From: Nitrospirota bacterium | GTDB lineage: Bacteria > JACPQY01 | Reading direction: 5' to 3' | Assembly: GCA_016180645.1 (NCBI GenBank) | Contig: JACPAV010000033.1 | Span: forward strand, 1 to 64,000 | DNA: 64,000 bases | In this document: in pieces, positions 55,888 to 64,000 of the stretch | Position numbering within the stretch: position 1 is the first letter of the stretch | Layout: each line of letters begins with the position of its first letter | The notes under the pieces: model-generated | Databases searched by the model: none | Told to the model about the DNA's origin: nothing | The model's input: only the letters and a program-made list of their open reading frames with translations | Position numbers and translations under genes: made by a program

Positions 55888-58161
55888 ATGCCCCCATTTC
55901 GTCGTCTAACTTTCATTGTTGCCATCCTCTTGGCGCTGCCGTTGGAGACGGCCTTCGCCCAGAAGGAGTTCATTTCCCGAACCTTCCGCAAGCGGGGCAA
56001 AGAGACGCCGCTCCTGGGGCCGACGCTCATCGGTCAAACGGGACTCTACGATGTTTATTCCGCCGACCGCTTTCCCAAAGGGGGCGTGGGGGTAAGCCTC
56101 TTCTCGACCTATTTCAAGCAGGACCAATTTCTATCTCCGACCATCAACCACGCCAAGCAGGATGCCTTTCTCTCCTTCACGGTAGCCCCGTTTGAGACAA
56201 CGGAGCAGCTCGGCATGGAATCCGGCTTCGAATTCTCCCTCATGGGGAAGGTCACCTCCGATCGCGTGAAGGACACGCAGGTCAACGAGAGCCGCCAGGT
56301 TCAGGCCGCGGGCGACGTCGCGGTGGGATTCAAGTACTCGCTCAACCCCTGGGGGCCGCTCTACACCGGTATCAACGCATTCGGGTTTTTTCTGACGGGA
56401 GAGGAATCCGGTTCCTACGATGGGTCTGCCACCGGCGGCGCGGGGAGGGCGCTCATCACGCTCGACTTTGCCGAGGGGAAATCCGAGGAATCGATCGGTT
56501 TCCGGGTGCACCTGAACGGGGGCTATGCAATGGATCGGAGCGAGAACCTGCTGGCGAAGCGCAAGTTTCCCGTTCCGATGTCCGAGCGTTTCGCCCTGGG
56601 CGTGAACGGGGAGGACCAGTATCTGGCCGGCGCGGGGTTCGAGGTCATCCGCACTCCTGTGGCGTTCGTGGCGGAGGGGTCGCTGTCGTACGACACGGAT
56701 TCCACGATCCTCGACGATGACGAACAGCCCTTCAAGATCCAATTCCGGAACAACCCGCTCTACTTGACCCCGGGACTGCGACTGCTGCCGTTCGAGAACC
56801 TTGTGATTGACCTGGCTGTGCGGCTCGGCCAGCTCACGGAGCCGATTGCCTTCACAGAGGAGCGATCGGAAAAACTGGTGCCCGACCTCACCTATGTTTT
56901 CGGCATGAGCTACACGGACCTACCGAAGCGGGCTCGCGTGAAACGTGTCGTCAAGAAACTCGCCCAAATCCGAGGGATCGTGACGGATGAGGCGACGCAG
57001 GCGCCCGTAGGAGGCGCCGTCATCAGCTTCGTGGATCCGCCGGACATACCGGCCGTGGCCAGCGATCCCGAGAAGGGGACGTACCTCGTGCAGAACCTCA
57101 AGCCGGGGGCCTACAGCATGAAGATCGAGCGGCCCGGGTACCACCCGCAGAACGCCGAGGCGGAGATCAAAGCCACTGAAACGGTTGAACTCAACATTCA
57201 GATCGCGAAGATTCCCGACATTGTCCTGGGTACGCTCGAAGGGCGCGTGGAAGATCCGAACGGGAATCCGCTCGTGGCGGTCATCACCGTGGATCGGGAC
57301 CGGGGGCGAACGGGGACGAGTCCGGCCACAGGCCAGTTCTCAATCGCGCTTGAGGAAGGCGATCACTCGGTCATGGCCGAGAGCCAGGGGTTCAAACCTT
57401 ACGTGAAAGACGTTGCGATTCAGACCGACAAGCCGACCCAGATCCTCATTGTCCTTGAGCCCAGGGAGAAAGTCCGCGTCACCCAGGACAAGATCGTCAT
57501 CTATGAAAAGGTTAATTTCCGCACCGGGGCGGCGGACATTCTGCCTGTGTCGTATTCCATCCTGGATGCCGTGGTGGACGTCATGAAGAAGTATCCGCAG
57601 TTCCGCGTGCGCGTGGAAGGGCACACGGACAACGTGGGCGGCCGGAAACGGAATATTGAGCTCTCGCAGGATCGAGCGGAGGCCGTGACGAAGTACTTGG
57701 AGTCCAAGGGTGTGGATGAATCGCGCTTGGAAGCAAAGGGGTATGCGGATACGGTTCCCCTCGCCGACAACGAATCGGCGGAAGGGCGGAGCAAGAATCG
57801 CCGAGTGGAGTTTACGATTCTCGCCGGTCAATCCGCCCCGCCCGATTCCCGGCCTGCCGCCCCGGCAGCGCCTCCAACGACGCCCGCGCCGGGCGCCCCT
57901 TCTCCCGCGCCCACGCCATCGGCAACTCCGGCGGGCCCGGCGGCTCCATCAGGTCCGCTTGTGGAAATCGTAGATAAGAAACCCGTGGAGGCATTCTCTG
58001 TTCCGGGCGGACCGCTCACCGGCGGAAGTGTCGTCGGAACGGTGAAGCCGAAATCGAAAGTGCCGCTACTCGATCAGAAAGGTGACTGGCTCAAGGTGCG
58101 ACTGCCCAACGGCCAGGAGGGCTGGATCAACAAGCGTTCGACGCGCCCGCTCGTCAGGTAG
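55888..58161 (+). CDS. OmpA-family protein (N-terminal barrel, carboxypeptidase-regulatory-like domains, OmpA_C, SH3b)
   Basis: VEGHTD, LSQDRAEAV, KNRRVEF; C-terminal GDWLKV..GQEGWI. Confidence 0.9.
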   Translation: MPPFRRLTFIVAILLALPLETAFAQKEFISRTFRKRGKETPLLGPTLIGQTGLYDVYSADRFPKGGVGVSLFSTYFKQDQFLSPTINHAKQDAFLSFTVAPFETTEQLGMESGFEFSLMGKVTSDRVKDTQVNESRQVQAAGDVAVGFKYSLNPWGPLYTGINAFGFFLTGEESGSYDGSATGGAGRALITLDFAEGKSEESIGFRVHLNGGYAMDRSENLLAKRKFPVPMSERFALGVNGEDQYLAGAGFEVIRTPVAFVAEGSLSYDTDSTILDDDEQPFKIQFRNNPLYLTPGLRLLPFENLVIDLAVRLGQLTEPIAFTEERSEKLVPDLTYVFGMSYTDLPKRARVKRVVKKLAQIRGIVTDEATQAPVGGAVISFVDPPDIPAVASDPEKGTYLVQNLKPGAYSMKIERPGYHPQNAEAEIKATETVELNIQIAKIPDIVLGTLEGRVEDPNGNPLVAVITVDRDRGRTGTSPATGQFSIALEEGDHSVMAESQGFKPYVKDVAIQTDKPTQILIVLEPREKVRVTQDKIVIYEKVNFRTGAADILPVSYSILDAVVDVMKKYPQFRVRVEGHTDNVGGRKRNIELSQDRAEAVTKYLESKGVDESRLEAKGYADTVPLADNESAEGRSKNRRVEFTILAGQSAPPDSRPAAPAAPPTTPAPGAPSPAPTPSATPAGPAAPSGPLVEIVDKKPVEAFSVPGGPLTGGSVVGTVKPKSKVPLLDQKGDWLKVRLPNGQEGWINKRSTRPLVR

Positions 58162-58405
58162 AAGTATACTTCCTAGTCGTCAAGAACAAGTTACAAGTAG
58201 CTGTAATCAGACAAATATCAATTCGTGCCATAGTACATATTGGTAAGTGTATATACTTATAAGTATTTGTAGTTTATTGGAATATTAGCATTGCATTGTT
58301 GTGTATATTATATATACATCATGCGTGTTCGATCGGCCGAAAGATCAATATGCGCATGGTATATAATGTAATTATAGATAATTACAGGCTTGGCGCGTGT
58401 TGATG

Positions 58406-58421
58406 TGGCATCCGCATTGCA
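58406..58421 (+). promoter_or_regulatory. sigma54 promoter at the end of an AT-rich tract
   Basis: TGGCATCCGCATTGCA = GG-N10-GC; 58162-58405 strongly AT-rich. Confidence 0.6.
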
Positions 58422-58433
58422 TTTATGTTCTTC

Positions 58434-59396
58434 ATGAACATGAAGAGCTGGACGAAGGCAATCGGAATCGCGATGATGGCGGTGTCTCTCATGAACGCTT
58501 CGGAAGGCAGTTGCGGAGGCGGAACGACTCCGACCCCGACTCAGCCCAAGAATAAGTATCCGATCGTTTTCGTCCACGGCTTCGGCGGCTTCGATTTCCT
58601 CGCGGGTATTCCGTATTTCTACGGCGTCGAGAATCTTCTGAAGGCGCAGGGCTATCAGGTATTCATGACCGAAGAGAGTTCGTTCAACAGCGTTGAAGTT
58701 CGCGCGAAGCAGCTTTCCACGCAGGTCGAGAAGATCCTGGCGATCACGGGCGCCAAGAAAGTGCATCTGGTCGGACACAGCATGGGCGGGTTGGACATCC
58801 GGTACGCCGCCACGCTGCTTCTGGGGAAGGACAAAGTGGCGTCGGTGACGAGCATCGCAGCCCCCCACCACGGGACCAAGATCGCCGACCTCGCCTGGGA
58901 GGCCGTCCGATTTGGAAAATACACTCCGGTCCTCAACGCGTTCATCAGCAGCATCGGTGGAACAATCACGAACGGCCGGATCGATCTTCCGCAGGACGTG
59001 GTGACGGCGCTCTGGAACCTGACAAGCGACTTCACCGACGGCGGCGGCACCAACACCGGCGCCGCATTCAACGAGATTGTGAAAGACCTGCCCGGCGTGC
59101 CGTACTTTTCCTACGCGGGCGTGACGACGTTTCATTTGACCCTCGACCCCGCCGATATTCTCCTGGCAGGTACGTCAGTGATTTTCCTGCCGGAAAAGAG
59201 CGACGGGATGGTGGAGCAATCTTCGACCCACTGGGGCACGGTGGTGAGCGACAAGTTGCCGGCGAATCACTTGGACGAGACCAACCACCTGCTCGGCGAC
59301 TCCGGCGAGTTCGATGCGGCGGGCTTCTACACGTCCCTCGCAAGCAAGCTGGCCACGACCGAAGCGTCCTTCTCCACGCTCATCGCTTCGAAGTAG
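58434..59396 (+). CDS. Secreted triacylglycerol lipase (alpha/beta hydrolase)
   Basis: KYPIVFVHG, GHSMGG, PHHGT, SDGMV, NHLDE; start 58425, 58434 or 58440. Confidence 0.9.
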   Translation: MNMKSWTKAIGIAMMAVSLMNASEGSCGGGTTPTPTQPKNKYPIVFVHGFGGFDFLAGIPYFYGVENLLKAQGYQVFMTEESSFNSVEVRAKQLSTQVEKILAITGAKKVHLVGHSMGGLDIRYAATLLLGKDKVASVTSIAAPHHGTKIADLAWEAVRFGKYTPVLNAFISSIGGTITNGRIDLPQDVVTALWNLTSDFTDGGGTNTGAAFNEIVKDLPGVPYFSYAGVTTFHLTLDPADILLAGTSVIFLPEKSDGMVEQSSTHWGTVVSDKLPANHLDETNHLLGDSGEFDAAGFYTSLASKLATTEASFSTLIASK

Positions 59397-59451
59397 GTTT
59401 CGAGGTCGAAACCGAGAGCAGCTATCGAGGCTTGGCCTCTATGGGAACTTA

Positions 59452-59570
59452 GAGCCTCTAGCAGAATGCGTAGGGGAGGGTCTTCAGACCCTCCCGACAA
59501 GAGGGAGCAACCAAGAGGGAGCACCTGAAGGTGCTCCCCTACGAGGAGGCAAGGACAAGAGTAGAGGCTC
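59452..59570 (+). mobile_element. REP-containing MITE-like element, copy 6, with TTA direct repeat
   Basis: TTA(59449-59451)-GAGCCTCTA...TAGAGGCTC-TTA(59571-59573). Confidence 0.88.
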
Positions 59571-60602
59571 TTACGCCGGGACGGGAACGGGGAGTACGGC
59601 GACCCATTGATCGTAGGCCCGCTGCATCCGGTCCATGAACTCCGAAACGACCTTCTCGCAATGGGGCTGCATTTCGGATTGGAGCTTGAAATAGCCTCGC
59701 TCGAGATTGCGCATGCCTTCGGCGAGGTGTCCGGCGAGTCGAATCCGTTTTTCGGGAAGGCTGAGCTTGGAATCCCCGGCGAGATGATGAAGCGTTTCAG
59801 TCCATAGCTGAAGCGTACTCTCCATCCGGCCGATCCATCGGACGGACTTGATTTCCGCGTAGCTTCGATCCCGGACGTAGATGGCGCCCGCCAGCCCCGC
59901 TTTGCGGAGAGCGTGGACGGCCGTCCAACCGAGATCGAATTCCCACCAGTGTTCCGAGAATCGGGCCGACCGGGGGTAGCGGTGATGATTGTTGTGCAGC
60001 TCCTCACCCCCGGCCACGATTGCCCAAGGCCAGAGGTTGCGGCTGGCGTCGTCCGTGGGGTGATTGCGATAGCCGAAGTAATGCCCCACGCCGTTGATCA
60101 GGCTGTTGCCGAGGAAGGGATGCCAGAGAATTTGGATCAGCCACGCGATGAGACCGGGGAGCCACCCGAAAACCGCGCAGCAGATCGCGAGGAGAAGCAG
60201 GACGCCAACGATATTAAGAGGGGTGTAGATTCTTTTTTCGATCCAATCTTCCGGTGTTCCGCGGCCATATTTCTCGAGGACCTCCGGATCGCGGCTGGCG
60301 CGGCGGTAGTAGACCACGCCTCTCAAGAAAATGTTCCAGAACCCTTCCACCTTGGGGGAATGAGGATCGCCCTCGCGATCGACAAACGCGTGGTGCTTGC
60401 GGTGAACGGCGACCCACTCCTTCGTCACCATTCCCGTCGTGAGCCAGATCCAGAAGCGCATGAAATGAGCGGCGGCCGGATGGAGGTCCAAGGACCGGTG
60501 CGCCATGCACCGATGAAGAAAAACCGTTGCCGAAATGTTATTGAGCTGAGCGGAAATCAGCGCAGAAACGATCGCGGCCGTCCAATGGTCGCCGTTGAAC
60601 AT
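59571..60602 (-). CDS. Fatty acid (delta-9-type) desaturase
   Basis: His boxes HRCMAH, HRKHH, HNNHH. Confidence 0.92.
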   Translation of the reverse strand: MFNGDHWTAAIVSALISAQLNNISATVFLHRCMAHRSLDLHPAAAHFMRFWIWLTTGMVTKEWVAVHRKHHAFVDREGDPHSPKVEGFWNIFLRGVVYYRRASRDPEVLEKYGRGTPEDWIEKRIYTPLNIVGVLLLLAICCAVFGWLPGLIAWLIQILWHPFLGNSLINGVGHYFGYRNHPTDDASRNLWPWAIVAGGEELHNNHHRYPRSARFSEHWWEFDLGWTAVHALRKAGLAGAIYVRDRSYAEIKSVRWIGRMESTLQLWTETLHHLAGDSKLSLPEKRIRLAGHLAEGMRNLERGYFKLQSEMQPHCEKVVSEFMDRMQRAYDQWVAVLPVPVPA

Positions 60603-60630
60603 CTAGGAGTCATCCTACCCCATTCAGCCA

Positions 60631-61336
60631 ATGTGGACAAGGGCAGTCCACTTGCGCCGATCCGAGGATAGGGATGCTTCGTTGATTGTCGCCGGGACGG
60701 CTTGGGGCTTTTGGCAGGGCATCGGTTCGAGCGTGGCGGCCGACGCGAAGAATCGTCAGATTGCCGGGGCGAGCTTCGTGGGTACATCGACCGCCGGTTT
60801 GATTTCGATGGGCGCGGCCCTCAGGCTGGATGTACCGCCGATGAAAACGGCGCTTGCCGTGAGCGGTGGATTTTGGGGGGGCGTGGATTCCGTTTTGGGG
60901 CGGAATCGCGGGGGAACTGTCTTCGCGTCGAATTACGACGCTATGCCTCGCGGGAAGTGACATCGGCTTAGTGGGTGCTTCGTTGGCGATGGCCGGCAGC
61001 GAAAGATCGGTGCGGGGGCTTCAAATCATGAATGTTGGGGGCTTGTCGGGCGCTGCGTTGGGAAGCGTAGTTGCGGGAATCGCCACTGTCCGGGCGAAGC
61101 CGGTGGCGGCCGCGACATCCATTGGAAGCGGAGCGGGATTGTTCATCGGCGCGATTGTGGCCGGCGCCACCGAGGGGCAAGGTAGGGATTCTGACGACGG
61201 GAGAATCGAGTTTTGGCGACGGAGGGGCCATTCGCTCTGGAACCACGTGGGCTATTTCCCGGTCTATGAGCCGGATTGGAATGGATCCGGCCGGCCGATG
61301 CTTGGCTTCAGCGCGTTCGCCAGTATGGGGAAGTAG
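60631..61336 (+). pseudogene. Frameshifted Gly/Ala-rich membrane-protein fragment
   Basis: ORFs 60631-60960 and 60866-61336 join (GGFWG-AWIPFWGG) if one G is removed from G7 at 60875-60881; no convincing start. Confidence 0.5.
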
Positions 61337-61410
61337 CCGTTTGCCATCGGTTCCGCGCCACCTGCCGCCTGGCGAAGCACCCAGTCGGATTCCGCTGATT
61401 TAGGTATTGA

Positions 61411-61569
61411 GAGCGTCTAACAGAATGCGAAGGGGAGGGTCTTCAGACCCTCCCGACAGGAGGGAGCAACCAAGAGGGAGCACCTGAAGGTGCTCCCCTA
61501 CGAGGAGGCAAGGACAGGAGGGAGCATCTGAAGATGCTCCCCTACGAATCGGCATTCCGTTAGACGCTC
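61411..61569 (+). mobile_element. REP-containing MITE-like element, copy 7 (longest, three hairpins)
   Basis: TGA-GAGCGTCTAACAGAATGC...GCATTCCGTTAGACGCTC-TCA; 17/18 terminal inverted repeat. Confidence 0.9.
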
Positions 61570-61606
61570 TCAATGCCACGCCTGACCTTCGGCCTACTCG
61601 TACGAC

Positions 61607-62938
61607 CTATCTGTGGCGGCGGCGCGCGCGGAACCTGGACCGCCCGAAACGGCCATGGAACCCGCCGCCGGGGCTTTTCCCCGGCTCAGGCTGTCGCGGG
61701 TGGCTTGGCGCGTGGGACGGCTGCGCCGCGTGGAGGGGCTTCCCGCCGGGGTGACCGGGGGCGCGCCTAGGTGGGTGCGTTGGATGGGCCGCGCGCGCGG
61801 GGGCGGCGGACTGCTTGGCGGAATAATCGAACCCCTCGATCTTTCGGCGCTCGAGGCGTGCGCCCAGCGCTCGCTCGATGTCGCGCACCATGGACTCGTC
61901 CTGATGGGTCACCAGCGTGAAGGCATCGCCGGTCTTTGCGGCGCGGCCCGTGCGACCGATGCGGTGGGTGTAGGCATCGGTCGTGTCGGGAACGTCGAAA
62001 TTGATCACGTGCGTAATCTGGGAGATGTCGATGCCGCGCGAGGCGATGTCGGTGGCGACGAGGATATTGTAGCGACCCTCCCGGAAGCCATCGAGCGCGG
62101 CCTTTCGCCGGTTCTGCGAGAGATTACCCTGCAAGCAGGCAACCTCCCGGCCCTTGTCCTGAAGATTCCTTGCCAGACGCTTGGCGCGGTGCTTGGTGCG
62201 AGTGAAAACCAGCACGGACGACCCGGCGGTCTGCTCCAGCAGCCTCGCCAGCAGCGCGGGCTTCAGGTGCTCGACCACCGGGTAAAGGGCGTGGGAAACC
62301 GTCGCCAGTGGCACGGTATGGTCGACTTGGACGGTGACCGGTTGGCGGAGGATCTCGTGCGCGAGCCGGCGGATGTCGTCCGGCATCGTGGCCGAGAAGA
62401 GCAACGTCTGCCGATTGGCCGGGAGTTGCTTGAGGATTCGGCGGATGTCGGGCAGGAAGCCCATGTCAAACATGCGGTCGGCTTCATCGATCACGAGGAC
62501 ATCCAGGTGCGATGGCTTGAAGGCACCGTGCTGCATATGGTCGAGCAGGCGCCCCGGGCAGGCCACGACGATTTCGACGCCGTTCCCGAGGCCGGTGACC
62601 TGGGGGCCGGCGCCGACCCCGCCGTACACCGTCAGGCTGCGCAGTCCCGTCTGCCGGCCGAGCTCGCGAAAAACATCCGCGATCTGGTCGGCCAGCTCGC
62701 GCGTTGGCGCGAGGATCAGCGCCCGGGTGACGCCGCGCGGGCCCGTAAGCAGGTGCTGAAGTATGGGGAGGGCGAAGGCCGCGGTCTTTCCGGTCCCCGT
62801 CTGCGCCAGGCCCATGACGTCGCGGCCCTGGAGGATGGGTGCGATGGATTGCAGCTGGATGGGCGTCGGTTTGGAATAGCCCAGCGCGCGGATGCCCGCA
62901 ACGATCCTGGGATCGAAGTCAAAAGAAGAGAAGCTCAT
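61607..62938 (-). CDS. rhlE: DEAD-box RNA helicase (RhlE-like)
   Basis: AQTGTGKT, PTRELA, DEAD, SAT, HRIGRTGR. Confidence 0.93.
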   Translation of the reverse strand: MSFSSFDFDPRIVAGIRALGYSKPTPIQLQSIAPILQGRDVMGLAQTGTGKTAAFALPILQHLLTGPRGVTRALILAPTRELADQIADVFRELGRQTGLRSLTVYGGVGAGPQVTGLGNGVEIVVACPGRLLDHMQHGAFKPSHLDVLVIDEADRMFDMGFLPDIRRILKQLPANRQTLLFSATMPDDIRRLAHEILRQPVTVQVDHTVPLATVSHALYPVVEHLKPALLARLLEQTAGSSVLVFTRTKHRAKRLARNLQDKGREVACLQGNLSQNRRKAALDGFREGRYNILVATDIASRGIDISQITHVINFDVPDTTDAYTHRIGRTGRAAKTGDAFTLVTHQDESMVRDIERALGARLERRKIEGFDYSAKQSAAPARAAHPTHPPRRAPGHPGGKPLHAAQPSHAPSHPRQPEPGKSPGGGFHGRFGRSRFRARRRHR

Positions 62939-63241
62939 GGTGTCACCCTTTCTATCTGTACGCGACCGGGAATTCCCGCATCAGCGAGCAAACGGCTTGT
63001 CCACGATGGGACTTGTCGGCGGCCTTGCAGAGGTGGGAGCGCCCTCGGCCGCTGTCTATTGTCTAACACATTCGGAGGCGGCCAACCCAACGTCGGCATG
63101 GCCATCCGCTAACCGTCATAGTATTATTTTGGAAACTTCTCAAACGAAGCGCTGATGGAGTACACTGTCCGGGCTCATGATTCACTGCGGCCCAGATCCT
63201 GACGATGTCATGATTGATGGCAGATATACATCTTTGACCTT

Positions 63242-64000
63242 ATGAAGCCCCGTTCCGAAATCCGCACGATCGCCTTTGTAGGGAACTACCTGCCCCGGCT
63301 CTGCGGTATCGCCACCTTCACAACGGATTTGTGCACGTCCGTGACGGCCCAGTTCCCGAAGGTACAGTGCTTCGCCGTGCCCGTGAACGACATCGAGGGG
63401 GGCTACGACTACCCCCACGATGTCCGTTTTGAAATTGAGGAGCAGAACTTGGCCTCGTATCGGCGGGCGGCGGATTTTTTGGGTATCAGCGACGTGGATG
63501 TGCTTTGTGTCCAACATGAGTACGGTATTTACGGAGGACCGGCGGGCGGGTACCTTCTAGCGCTCCTGCGCGAAGTGGATCTGCCTATCGTCACCACGCT
63601 CCACACCGTGCTCAAAGGACCCAACGCCGATCAAAAACGGGTGATGCAGGAACTGATCCAGCTCTCCACCCGCGTGGTGGTGATGTCCCATAAGGCGGAG
63701 GAATTCCTGAAGGGAGTTTACCATGCCCCCGCCGCCAAAATAGACATGATTCCCCACGGCATTCCCGAGACCTCTTTTGTGGATTCCGCTTTCTACAAGG
63801 ATCTCTTCGGCGTGGAAGGCAAGCAGGTTCTCTTGACGTTCGGTCTGCTTTCTCCCAACAAGGGAATTGAGAACATGCTTAACGCCCTTCCCAAGATCGT
63901 GGCGGAACGCCCCGACGTGGTTTACATCATCTTGGGAGCCACCCATCCGCACCTTTTGCGGGAGACGGGCGAGTCCTACCGCCTGGGCCTGGAATTGCTG
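63242..64000 (+). CDS. Glycosyltransferase family 4 (partial, runs off the window)
   Basis: MKPRSEIRTIAFVGNYLPRLCGIATFTTDL..QHEYGIYGG..TLHTV..IPHG..FGLLSPNKGIE. Confidence 0.9.
   Translation, partial: MKPRSEIRTIAFVGNYLPRLCGIATFTTDLCTSVTAQFPKVQCFAVPVNDIEGGYDYPHDVRFEIEEQNLASYRRAADFLGISDVDVLCVQHEYGIYGGPAGGYLLALLREVDLPIVTTLHTVLKGPNADQKRVMQELIQLSTRVVVMSHKAEEFLKGVYHAPAAKIDMIPHGIPETSFVDSAFYKDLFGVEGKQVLLTFGLLSPNKGIENMLNALPKIVAERPDVVYIILGATHPHLLRETGESYRLGLELL

Overview
GC-rich bacterial chromosomal window from a diderm (OM beta-barrels, OmpA, lipoproteins, a MYXO-CTERM-like anchor; lineage not determinable from sequence alone). It holds about 50 CDSs: surface proteins (2316-aa C25/gingipain-like protein, TMTC-like TPR glycosyltransferase, BNR-repeat protein, Wzc-like kinase), two thiolase/DUF35 acyl-CoA clusters, a MerR-sulfite reductase-SLC13 operon, a peptidase-bearing flagellin, PolB-TldD, a membrane pyrophosphatase, a stand-alone NuoB-NuoD fusion, metF, lipase, desaturase and a DEAD-box helicase. 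No rRNA, tRNA, CRISPR, integrase or transposase gene was recognised. The main unexplained signal is a set of very small repeats: GTAG-led REP-like hairpins with covarying stems, a MITE-like wrapper with GAGC..GCTC ends (7 copies), a TTCGACAAGCTCA inverted-repeat family, and short heptamer/octamer arrays. About 19 of these sit inside the 3' half (4755-8422) of the 2316-aa gene without breaking its frame, while none was seen in its first 3.2 kb. Also notable: a G13-frameshifted, possibly phase-variable secreted gene and two sigma54-type promoters.
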